From the NCBI RefSeq assembly GCF_025526975.1, contig NW_026515682.1, positions 434,001-498,000 on the forward strand: a DNA stretch of 64,000 nucleotides, read 5' to 3'. Positions 11,529-21,713 of the stretch are shown here, piece by piece. The notes beneath the pieces are model-generated. The model made no database searches. It was not told the DNA's origin and saw only the letters and a program-made list of their open reading frames with translations. The position numbers and the translations under genes are program-made. Source of the stretch: Fimicolochytrium jonesii (Eukaryota). Within the stretch, counting starts at the first letter, position 1. Every line of letters starts with the position of its first letter.

Positions 11529-12066
11529 TGTTATGATCTCGACGACTGAGGCGGAAGCGAAGTAGAGAAGACAAGGCGAGAGCGATGGGCGACAAGAGAT
11601 TGTATTGGCGAAACAAGAGACAAGGACTAGAACAAGAGATGAGAAGAACTGGTGTTGATCTGCTGGGGAGGAAGGGAATGGACGAAGAGAGGCCGGCTAT
11701 TTATAGATAGGCAACCCAGCAGGCCAGAGAACAACAACAACAAGAGAGGACTGGGGGGGCGCCAGCTATGCTCCTAGAGCGTGCGTGGCGAGCGTAGAGA
11801 GCATTGCTACAGCTGCTGGCTATGGAGAAGTAGTGGGGGATGTGGAGAAGCCGAGGGGGGATTGGCGAAATGAGAGGAGAGAGGAGGAGTGGCAATATTG
11901 CGGGAGGATTGGCAAAATGAGAGGAGAGAGGGGGAGTGGCATTGACATTGACATTGACACTGACATTGACACTGACATTGACATTGACATTGGCGTTTGA
12001 CATTGGCGGTTGACATTGGCGGCTGTCAATAGGTAAGCTTATGGTATGGGCGCGTCGTCCATAACA
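11529..12066 (-). repeat. LTR of family B (538 bp) with internal tandem repeats
   Basis: 6-bp inverted termini TGTTAT/ATAACA. Minus-strand TATAAAT at 11699-11705. Contains a duplicated ~42-bp unit and a (GACATT)n hexamer array at about 11940-12020. Confidence 0.85.
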
Positions 12067-12335
12067 GTCAGAGGAGACGTAGACGATATTGGGCCCTTCT
12101 GAGAGGGCTGAAAGCAGTGTATTGTAGCGAAGAAAAAAGTAAGAAGCTCTTTGCAGCGGCCGCTCGACTGACAGCTTTATATATGGGCTGCCAGTGGGGC
12201 TTGCGTGGCTTCAGTGAGGCTTGGCGCCTTATGTAATGTATCACCGAGAGCTCGGGTGGCCAGCCCGGGTCTCAGATCAAGTAGAAGTAGGGAGATATAA
12301 TATGAAATACAAGTGAAGATGAGATATCCCCAACA
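12067..12335 (-). repeat. Family-A LTR copy into which element B inserted (first 6 bp missing)
   Basis: Aligns with 2645-2913 and ends in CA at 12335. Confidence 0.93.
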
Positions 12336-13222
12336 GAGGCTGCTCTCCACCGACGTATACTCCTCGTCATCATCATCAGCGTCGTCGGAGGCGGGGGTAA
12401 AAGCCCGCACTTCCTCGGCCTTCTGCTTTGCAGCGGCCAGGCGCGCTCGGTGTGCGTCAAAGAGGGGCGTGGTGTGGGCCTTCATCGCCTGGCGTGTTGT
12501 TGAACCGCATGTCTCCCTCACTAGCTTAACGCCCTCCAGTGCCCCTCCTCCTCTTCAGGCATGGCCAGCTCCTCCTGCGCCATCTCGTCATACCCCTCCT
12601 CCTCCTTGTGACCGGTCGTCGGGGTGGGCGCTGCTGCTGCTGCTGCTGCGGCTGCGACCCCTGCTATGGCGGCAGCGCGGGTGGGGCGGGTGGGGATGGG
12701 GGCAGGGTTGAGAAGGGCGGAGATTGGGATGGGGTTGGGGATTAGGGCGGGGTTGAGGAGGCTGGTGATTGCAAAGGGGTTGGGGATAGGGGCGGTGGGA
12801 GCGGCAGCGGCGACGGGAGGCTGGGGGGCGGAGACAGGGGGAGCGGCGGCAGAGACGGGGGACTGGGCGGTGGAGACGGGGGTTGGGATGGTGGAGACGG
12901 GGGGATGGTGGGCGGAGACGAGGGGCTGGCGGGTGAGGTGCGTGGTGGCTGGGGCGGGTGCGGGGAGGGTGGTTGAGGGGACGACGGGTTTGCCCGGGAG
13001 GGCAGCGATGGCGTCCAGATATGCCTGCGCGCGCCCACACTTATTGCAGGCTGCCCTGGCTGTGTTGACGTTGTTCACAATGCCCGTTCGCCACGCAGCG
13101 GACGTCCGAGCCCCGCAAACAACGCAGACTCCTCCAGGAGTAAGGCAGGAGTAGTTTCGGTCGTCCCTACCCCTGCCTGCTCCAGCACCAGATTGAGTTC
13201 GGCGTGGGGGTGCTTTGGGCAT
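12336..13222 (-). pseudogene. GATA-like zinc-finger protein with a Pro/Ala-rich repeat region; 3' part frameshifted and interrupted by the LTR
   Basis: CVVCGARTSAAWRTG...ACNKCG (C-X2-C-X22-C-X2-C with T..WR). ATG at 13222. An acidic tail continues in another frame up to the LTR at 12335. Confidence 0.6.
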
Positions 13223-13602
13223 GGTTGTTGTCGTTGTTGTCGTTGTTGTTGTGTTCTCTTTGTTGTTGTTGTGTTGTCGTTCTTGTTGTTGCTGTGTCAA
13301 GGTGTGGATCTTGGCGTGTGCTGAGGTTGGAAGAAGAGAGAGCGAGAAAGAGGTCTCAGAGACAGGGACCGCAAAAGTAGGTAGCTTTGACAGTATTTTG
13401 ACAGTGTAGGCATATTAATAATGACGTCTAAATTTACATATCCTGGCTGCACACCGAAATCGTTGTCAGTATTTAACATTCGCACAACAGGGCAGATTTG
13501 CAATGTAAAGAGCCTCTGCACAGCTGTAGCAAATCATATTCGCTTATTCACCAAGTAGCGTACACACAGCTATACGAGATCGTCGCTTTTCTATGGAACT
13601 AG

Positions 13603-14140
13603 CTACTCCTCATTGTCGTTCTCGCCAACCTCGTTCCCATTCTGGCTCCCACCATCATCATCATCATCCGCCGCAGGCTCCTGACCTTGAAACTGTGCAA
13701 GGTCTAAGTAGGATTGACAGTCATACATACACCTGAGTCGTTGTCCTCTAAGAGCAATGGTAAAATTCCTCATGACTTCTCTCATCCACCCTTTTACCGT
13801 CTGCGCTGAAATGCAATCCAGCCCTTCATGAATAAGATGGGGAAGGATGTCCTGAGTAGCTCAAATTTCGTGACAACGAATGAAGGGCTTGACGCTGCCA
13901 AAAACCCATTCTGCGCAGTTGAAAAATGGGGTATAAGAGGGGAGCATTTTCAGCGTATGGCCCGCATCTTGGATAATATCCTTGATAACACGTCGACGGT
14001 CGATGGGTGCATTGTCCATAATAAGAACTTGGTTGGCTTCGTCGATTCTAGGGATGACATCGTCTCGCAAGAATGACTCGAAGACCGCTGCTGTTGTCGT
14101 CGTGGCCATGTTCAAGCGAGATGCGAGAACACCGTGATTT
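13603..14140 (-). pseudogene. Tc1/IS630-family (DD34E, DDE_3) transposase C-terminal remnant
   Basis: GVLA...TTTAAVFESFL...LIMDNAPID...GHTLKMLPSYTPFFNCAEWVFGSVK, with 34 residues between D and E. In-frame TGA at 13861-13863, then ...TVKGWMREV. The N-terminal HTH and first Asp are missing. Confidence 0.88.
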
Positions 14141-15142
14141 CTTGCCACTTGCTTCTCTTTCATGCGGGCCATTGCCTCTGCCTTTCCGCTGGCCAGCTCT
14201 CTTGCGGCTAACGCCTTTTCGCCCTTCCTTCAAGCTTTCTCCGCCACAGCCCTTATCGTCGCTATTTCCTTCTCTCGCAGTCGCTGGGCCTTCAACGCCG
14301 AGAGACGGTTTCTCTCCGCCTCCATCTCCTCCGGGGTGCGACAATCTGTAGTCTGAGAGGGAGTGTTGTAAACAACCAGTTTCAACCACAACTTCCTTTT
14401 AATAGTTACCGTACCCCTCCCCCTTTTCTTCTCTGCAGATAGAGAGATGGTTGTGTGTGTGTGCAGACCATCCGATCGAATGTCTATAAAACGAGTGGTA
14501 TGTGTGAAGGGGAATAAAGTACCGAGTTCCACAACAGGGTCTTCGGAAAGGTGTGCCGAATAGCTTGCATTCTCTGCACTGCCAAAGGCGCTTCCTTCTC
14601 AAAAAAAAAGTCCCGCAATCACCTGCAACACCTGTACATGTACACACACCAGGAAGCTACCTTTACACGCGTGTAAAAAACGTGGGGATCCTCACTCCCA
14701 ATTACATACCACCCTTCCTTCCTACCAACCTTCCTTCCCAACCCCCTTCCTTCCCAACGCAATTGTGAGCAGTAAGCATCCCCGGTTTCACCTTCAACCG
14801 CCACCAGGTAACAACCGCAATTCCTCACCATTCTCAGCCTCATTACCACAGCACTGACGTGAGTTCCTTGACACACAGCTGTCACGGCAATCACCACCCG
14901 TCTCGGCTGACTTAAGGCACAGCACGGCCATCATGCCATCACACCAGGCGCTCCAGAGGCACCTGTGGTGTGGCATCTTTACCGGAGCTACCACACCACG
15001 GCGGTAGAGGAGGAAGGTTGCTCCGGTTACCCCGCGGTTGCCCATACGTCTGCCAACCGCTGTGCAGACACCATTGCAACCACCCCCGCGATTCGAGTTC
15101 CCACCTTCTGTCCATCGCCACTTGCCCCAAGCAATTGCAGAC

Positions 15143-17951
15143 ATGGTTAGCGAGAGTTCCGGCGCTGAAGACGGGCAGCAGCAGCAGCAACAGCAGCGAG
15201 GGCTTTCACCCGGGGACAGGGGTCTGCAGCGTCGGTTGAACCTCCCCGCTCCCATCCCTTTCCTTTTTTCCAGCACACCGGGTGGATCCCTGGTGTATGA
15301 ACCCCCGCCACCACCACCACCAATTCAACGACCCCGCCTGCAAACACATGCCAGCACCAAGGTTTCGCTTCACCGAGTCATCCATAATCAGAATCAAGCT
15401 CAAAGGGAGCGCCTGACAACGTTCATCGGCAATGTTCACGTCCTTGCGCGCCACACCACCTTCTTTCTCAAGTACTACCTTGGTGAGTTTTTGAGGTACA
15501 CTGTATATTTCCCATAGTATTTCCCATAACAATGTCCTGACTACTACGTCTGCCCACCGCAGCTGATCAACCTCTACGCAATTTCCCGGACATCACTGAC
15601 AAGCACATCAGTGTGATGTTTGAGCCGCTCAACAATCCAGGCTACAACGGCAATCCAGTCATTGCGCAAGAGTTGCATCCATGGGTTCAAGACTACTGAG
15701 ATGTTCACGGATTCGCCCCCATCTGCATGCGCCAACAGACCGCAGCGAACAGGGCTTAGAGCATCTTCACAAACCTCAAAGTTAACGTACAAGAGCATTT
15801 CATGCAAATGTTTCTGCGCTACGTCAATGAAAGGCTTGGTTTGAACCAAGTCATACTGCATCTCCGTAGAGCTGGAGTCAATCAAGCGCAGCGGCGACAC
15901 TATTATCAGCGTGTCCGTCAGTTTAAAAAGTATGCGACGTTTGAAGAGTTTCCAACCAAAGAAGATTTTGCGCGCCTCACACGACTTGAGCGGACCGTCC
16001 TCGACAAGATATGGGCTCTGTTTCCTCCCCAGGATGAACCGCTTGCGTACAGCCTTGCGGTGGACGCAATGCCATATTTAGGTGAGTTAGTATATTTCGG
16101 GCCCCCCCCGCTTCCTCTTTTGTCTAATCATGGTCCGCACCTGCCTCGCCTCATCACAGGTGCCTATTGTGAGCTCTCACGCCTCTATGAGCACCGTGGA
16201 ATGTGGCTGTTTTCCGCTATCCCGCTGCGCAAATCTCGAATACAGTCATCTGTTCGGATCGACACAAAGATCCTAACCACTCATATCCTGGCCTTGGGCC
16301 ACCATCGCATGGGGAAACTCACCGATCAACGCAAGCGGGAGCTGTGGGGGCAGTTTCTTAACGTGAATGTAAGTCTCTATCCCTCTGCGCTTATTACACT
16401 CACCTCACCTCGCTGAATGACGGATTGCAGGACAAGGTCTTCAAGCATCGAAAGAAGGTTGGTCTCAAATTTGATGGGTCAATCAGCACAAACGGGTATT
16501 CCGCTACCATCCACTTCAAGAAGCCAGGGCTCAAGTACGGCCATCGCGCCCGGAAGCGCAGCAAAGCCCAGATGCAGGAAGAAGTCAAGCAGCTGTATTT
16601 TGAGCACCACATCGCCGAACTACGGCAGGCTCCAAACATCGTCAGCATTGATCCGGGCAAGCGTAACCTCTTGTTCTGTCGAGACATCAAGAAGGAGCGG
16701 CCATTTCGGTACGTTTCAGTTGATTACTACTGCCCTGCTGTCCCCGCTACCCCCCCCCCCCCCCCGTCTCCGCCCCCAGCCCCCCGTCTCCGCCCCCCAG
16801 CCCCCCGTCTCCGCCCGCCAGCCCCCCGTCTCCACCCGCCAGCCCCCTGTCTCCGCCCGCCAGCCCCCCGTCTCCGCCCACCATCCCCCCGTCTCCGCCC
16901 GCCAGCCCCCCGTCTCCGCCCGCCAGCCTCCCGTCTCCGCCCGCCAGCCCCCCGTCTCCGTTCACCATCCCCCCGTCTCCGCCCACCATCCCCCTGTCTC
17001 CGCTGCCGCTCCCACCGCCCCTATCCCCACCATCCCCATTGCGGCAACATTCTGTTGCAGCGTTCTCAGAATGCACCACCCCATACCAGATACACATCCA
17101 ATCAACGGGCGGTCAAGACAAAGTCTCGGTACTTTCAAAGAGACATGAGCGAGCGAAAGATCAATGCCGGCATCGCTGAGATGGAATCACATATTCCATC
17201 GCACAAGAGCATGAACATCGAGGCGTTCTCAGCTTTCATCGTGGATCACATACATGCAGGTATGATGTATTATGCGCTGTCTTCAAATTTAGTAATACAT
17301 GGGCTGACATCCATCCATATCCCAGATCCCGCCCTGGATGAGTTTTACCAGGATTGAGATTCACGTCGCTCGCAGGTTCAAGGCGTTCTCACTGCGGCAA
17401 AAGTCTGAGAGCAAGCTCATTAAGAACATGCGACGCCGGTATGGAAAGAATTTTTCGGTCATCTTGGGTGATTGGAGCGATGCTGGTAAACAATGCGCTT
17501 TCAGGAGTCATCGAAGACCAAGGGGTGAGTGACCATGATTGGTGGTATCTACTATGTATTCTATTATGCTAACTCATCATGGAACAGATTCCGCACACTC
17601 TTTGCGAGAAACGGCATTCCATGCTACTTGCTGGATGAGTATCGAACGTCGTCCGTGTGCCCCGACTGCCACGGCCGTGTGAAGAAAAACATCCGACAGC
17701 GGCTGTCATCTCGGCCATGGCAAGCTAGAAAGGGAAGAATGGAATACGTCCATGGATTGGTGGGTTGCCCCAACCCCGAATGTATCAACCAAGACTGGAC
17801 ACCATTTGAGATTCCTGGAAGACGACCACTACGACTACGGATGAGAGTGCACAATCGGGACGTCCTGAGCACCAAGAATTTCCTCTCGATTGTGCGTTCG
17901 GTGGTGTTTGGCAATGGCCGCAGACCAGACGCATTCTCCCGTAACCGGTAG
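15143..17951 (+). pseudogene. Fanzor1 (TnpB-like RNA-guided endonuclease) copy 1, seven exons, about 692 codons spliced, inactivated
   Basis: GT-AG introns at 15483-15562, 16082-16159, 16369-16430, 16709-17089, 17260-17325 and 17525-17587. The spliced protein has FDGSISTNGYS, RuvC-I VSIDPG, FRYTSNQR, GDWS, KGFRTLF...LLDEYRTS (RuvC-II), CPDC...VHGL.GCPNPEC and RuvC-III NRD. Stops at 15697 and 15757; compensating +1/-1 indels at about 17355 and 17490 relative to copy 2. The start codon is uncertain. Confidence 0.93.
16763..17003 (+). repeat. 21-bp GC-rich minisatellite (about 12 units, CCCGTCTCCGCCCGCCAGCCC) inside Fanzor intron 4
   Basis: Visible tandem array; the orthologous intron of copy 2 has about 5 units. 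Confidence 0.9.
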
Positions 17952-18046
17952 TCTAGATTTCACCCCATCCCATTTTCCGTGGTGGTTATCTGCCATCCAC
18001 ATCATTGTACCTCTGCCTGAGGCGTCGCCGATGAAGGCAACTTGTA
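17952..18046 (+). ncRNA. Putative Fanzor omegaRNA scaffold / element right end (copy 1); putative guide begins at about 18047
   Basis: Identical to the copy 2 segment up to ...AAGGCAACTTGTA, after which the copies diverge. Two hairpins: GTGG-TGGT..GCCA-T-CCAC and TGCCT..GGC-GTC-GCC..AGGCA. Confidence 0.78.
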
Positions 18047-19031
18047 GAAACGAAAGGGTGAACCGCGGACGCGTTGGTTGCGGCGACACTCGTCTGAGCC
18101 CGAGGAGGTTGCTTTGATCAATGATCATAGCCAGCTCCCGTGCGAAGCCATTGCCTTGATGTGCTTGGTAAGGGATCTGCACATGTGAGCCCATACATGG
18201 TGTGGGGCCTGTGTACATGTACCCTCAGTAGCTCGGTTGACTCGCTGCTCTCGGTGTGTGGGCTTTCAGCGCGACGACGTGCTTAGGTATGATTGGTACG
18301 CAGTGGTCCCGGTTTCATACCTCCGCTGGATATAGCATTGATTGAGTGCATGACTTGCCTGCTGGTTCATGTGCATTGATCGCTGCACAGGCAAACAGCC
18401 TTGTCTAGAAGCTACATCCTTTGCCTTGTCTTCTCTGCCGAGTGCGATGTGTGATATCCTTGTGAAAACCTTGTTGGGCCCACTGGTGTGCACGAGACTA
18501 AATCGTTTTCCGCAATATACCAACACAATGTACAGTACGCATCCAGCGCCTACTCCATACAACGCTGTAAGGTATGTACTGTATGTATATACCTCCCAGC
18601 AGTCGAGCTGTCCCATGTCCAGATCGAGGAGCCACCGTTGCGAACGCGTTTCCATTCGGGCTTGCTCTGACTTGCTCTGGGAAGTTGGGTTGTTGGCGCT
18701 GAGAGTCGGAGACCCCGGCAGTGAGCAAGGCCCCACTTCTTGCAAACAAACGGTCAGCTAGTGAACGCACTTGCAAATGTAGTGGGTAGTACTTATAATA
18801 GCACCCCGCCTCTTCGCCGCCAAGTCCCCTCTAGCACTCCCTATTGTGGAGAACTTAACCCGCCAGCCGCTCCCACGTGCGCGATCATCCACCTCTCGCA
18901 AAATACTACGGCGCTTCGAAGATCGAGTGCGTTCAGAATAGGCTGCCACTTAAGGATAAAACCAGCTCAGAAGCATAGAGAGACTTTGGAAGAATCTGTT
19001 CTGGGCATAACGCCGTTACAGACTCGAGAAA

Positions 19032-21413
19032 ATGGAGTGCTTTGACGCCCGTCACGAGTCATTTCTGAAAGGCAGGCCCGCCTGGCCATTCAAGCGGCTG
19101 AAGGAGCAAAAACAGTATATCGTCAAGGTAGTCTCCTTATCAGGCCCATACGCACAATTAGGCTCACTCTAGTAGGTGTCCCAACTTCACCATGCTAACG
19201 CCGCAAACTTATGGACCAAAGCTCGCAAGATCAGGCTGGTACCTCAGCAAAGGCCCCACAACATGCCAATGCAGCGCCTGCAACGCCAAACGGACGACGT
19301 TCGCAGTCAACGACGATCCATTCGAAGGACATGCCAAGACATGCTTCCTGGCGGATGTATGGCGGATTTTGGAGATGGGTGATAAATACAGCGCTCAGTG
19401 CGCCGATGCGCGCGCGAATACTTTTGCACATGGGTGGCCGTTGAAAGGGCAGGAGGGATGTGACTCGCTTGCGAGTGATAAGGTGTGTGCGGTCGAGATT
19501 CTGTTGCGTTCTTGAACGTGGAAACCTAACGAAATGAACGCTCCAGATGGCCGCCGCAGGATTCATCTACTATCCAGTGACCGACGCCCCCGACACGGTG
19601 CTGTGTCCATACTGCCAACTCTCGTTAGATGGATGGGACCCAACAGACGATCCAATGTTAGTCTTGCTTCTCGAAATGCTTCTTACGGCAGGTGACAATT
19701 GACAGAAAGTTCTTCACGTAGTAAAGAGCATCTGAAACGACAACCCAACTGCGAATTCTTTCAACCGCCCAAGCCCAAAGAAGAAGTCAAGGCGTCCACA
19801 GCGCCACCTAAAAAAGGCGTCGCCAGACCCCTCAAGAGGGCGCTGATCGGGAAAGCTGTGCCGGCCAAGTCGACGGTCGAACCCCCGTCGCGGGCGAGAT
19901 CCAAGAAGGTGGTGGCACCGGAGAAGGTAGTGGAGCCGGTGGCGGAAGTCGAGAGTCAGGCTCCGTCGGCTGCGGCGGAGCGAGGGAAGCGAAAGCGAGG
20001 GGTTGAAGCTCATGCGTCTGCCAAAAATGCGGAGGAGGTGCCAGTTGTTGAGAAGAAACGCAGGGCGCCGGTGGAGGTAAGACTGGGCTTTGTTCTCGCT
20101 GAAAGTGGGACGGCTGATTAACATAGCGGTTTCAGGCCGTCCCTGTGGTAGAAGCTGAAGTGACAGAGCCAGCAATAGAAGCAGAAAACAATGATCAGGC
20201 AGTTATAGAGAGAGCCGACGAAACAGCAACCCCTATGCAAGTCGACGAAGATGACATAGGCGGAGCCCCACCCATGCGCAGATCAGCCGCAATGGAAACC
20301 ATCCACCCAGACCCGCCAATAGCACGAGCCGCGGAGCCAGCAGGACCAGCACGGCCACGACGCGAAAGAGCCAAAGCCATCTGCTATGCAGAAGACACGG
20401 TCGACCTGGACGGAAAGCCCAAAGTCAAGAAAGCCCGTCTGGCGAAGACTGTTGTCGCGGGGACGGATGCGTCGAGTGCATCGCAAGAGCCCGTGGAGAC
20501 GATTCAGAGTCAAAGTCAGAGCCAGGGCAGCATAGGCGCCTTTGAAGCTCCTAGTAGGAGATCGGGGACCATTGTCACAGTCGAGATCCCGATGCGCCAT
20601 GATAGATTGGCAAGTTCCTCATCCGCTGGTAGCGCCCGTAGCGATGGGTCAACGGACAAATCGAACACTGGCAAGACGCAGAACCGGGCGGCCAAAGCCA
20701 AAGCATTGCAAAAGGCTGATAAAATGGATGTTGTGGAGGTTACGGAAGAGCCGGAGACTCTGGAGGTTGAGCCGCCCCGCACGACAAAGGCGCGGGTTGG
20801 CAGGACGAGGACAGCCGTGTCGCCTCCTCCTGTGTCTGTTGCAATCGACGAGGAACAACCGCAACAGACTGCGAAACCGACGAGGAGTAAGGCGGCTGGA
20901 GCAAGACCTGCTGCACGTCGCGCGGCTCGTGCCGAAGAAGTCACTGCGATCCACGAAGGCCGGTCGGACGAGATGGATGTGGACGCACTGAACGTAGACT
21001 CACCGTCGCAGATGTCCCAAGTCAACGACGGCGCCGCCCCATCCCCCACTCGCGACATCGTCGCGACCCACCCATCCACCCTTAAAACAGCTCCCACCAC
21101 TCGCACCAACCCACCCAGCCCCGGTCTCGTCCCCCAACTCACCATCCCTCTCCTCCAACCCCTCACATCCACCTCCAACCCCGCCGACCTGCACATCACC
21201 TCCGCAGAAGCCAAAATGACGGTCGCGGACTATTTCCCGATGGAAGCGGATCGTGTCAAGAATGAATTTTTGAAAAGGAGAGAGGAGGCGTGGAGGCGGG
21301 TTGAGGAGGAGTTTGGCAAGTTGAGGAGGTGGATTGAGAGTAGGCCGGATGCGGTAGGCGGGAGTGAGGGGAGATGGGTGGGCGGGCGCGCTGAACTGGC
21401 CAGGAGTAGGTGA
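19032..21413 (+). CDS. BIR-repeat protein (Bir1/survivin-like chromosomal passenger subunit), multi-exon
   Basis: MECFDARHESF..WP; LARSGWY..CQCSAC..DDPFEGH..C; second BIR R..TF..WP..MAAAGFIY..DTVLCPYC.LSLDGWD..DDP..EH....PNC. Followed by a long disordered linker and a C-terminal MTVADY helix. Confidence 0.88.
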
Positions 21414-21713
21414 TGACGAGGTTAGGGCTTGGGAGTGGGAGGTGGACTATCGTTGTTTCAGCCGAGCGTCCCACACGGACTTCACATCCCCATTCCCGAC
21501 CTGGATTGCGTACTTCGCAAGTTGTCCACATGTGCATGTATAACATACGTGATAGAGAGCGGAAAAGGCTATCTTGTAGTCGCCAATGGAAAAATGATAG
21601 TATGCAAAATCGTGGGAATGAATAAAGAATGTGTCTACCTAATCTGTCTAACCCTGCAGCCGTACGCCCTGAAAGATTCTCAAACTTTGCGACGCTTCCA
21701 CTACAGTACGCAA

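Larger units (their letters stand above)
8509..12066 (-). mobile_element. Ty3/Gypsy retrotransposon B (Tf1/sushi-like), truncated in RNase H
   Basis: 5' LTR at 11529-12066 with TGTTAT...ATAACA ends, then gag, protease and RT. The pol sequence stops abruptly at the family-A LTR at 8508. Confidence 0.93.

Noticed and set aside
16763..17003. Possible CRISPR-like array near an RNA-guided nuclease (also the 12-bp repeat at 61830-61875)
   Set aside because: Head-to-tail tandem repeats with no unique spacers.
16417..17148. Proline-rich repeat proteins (PPVSARQ / PRLRPPA) in the ORF track
   Set aside because: These are translations of the intron 4 minisatellite. The orthologous intron in copy 2 is 239 nt (not a multiple of 3), and splicing restores the conserved FRYT motif.
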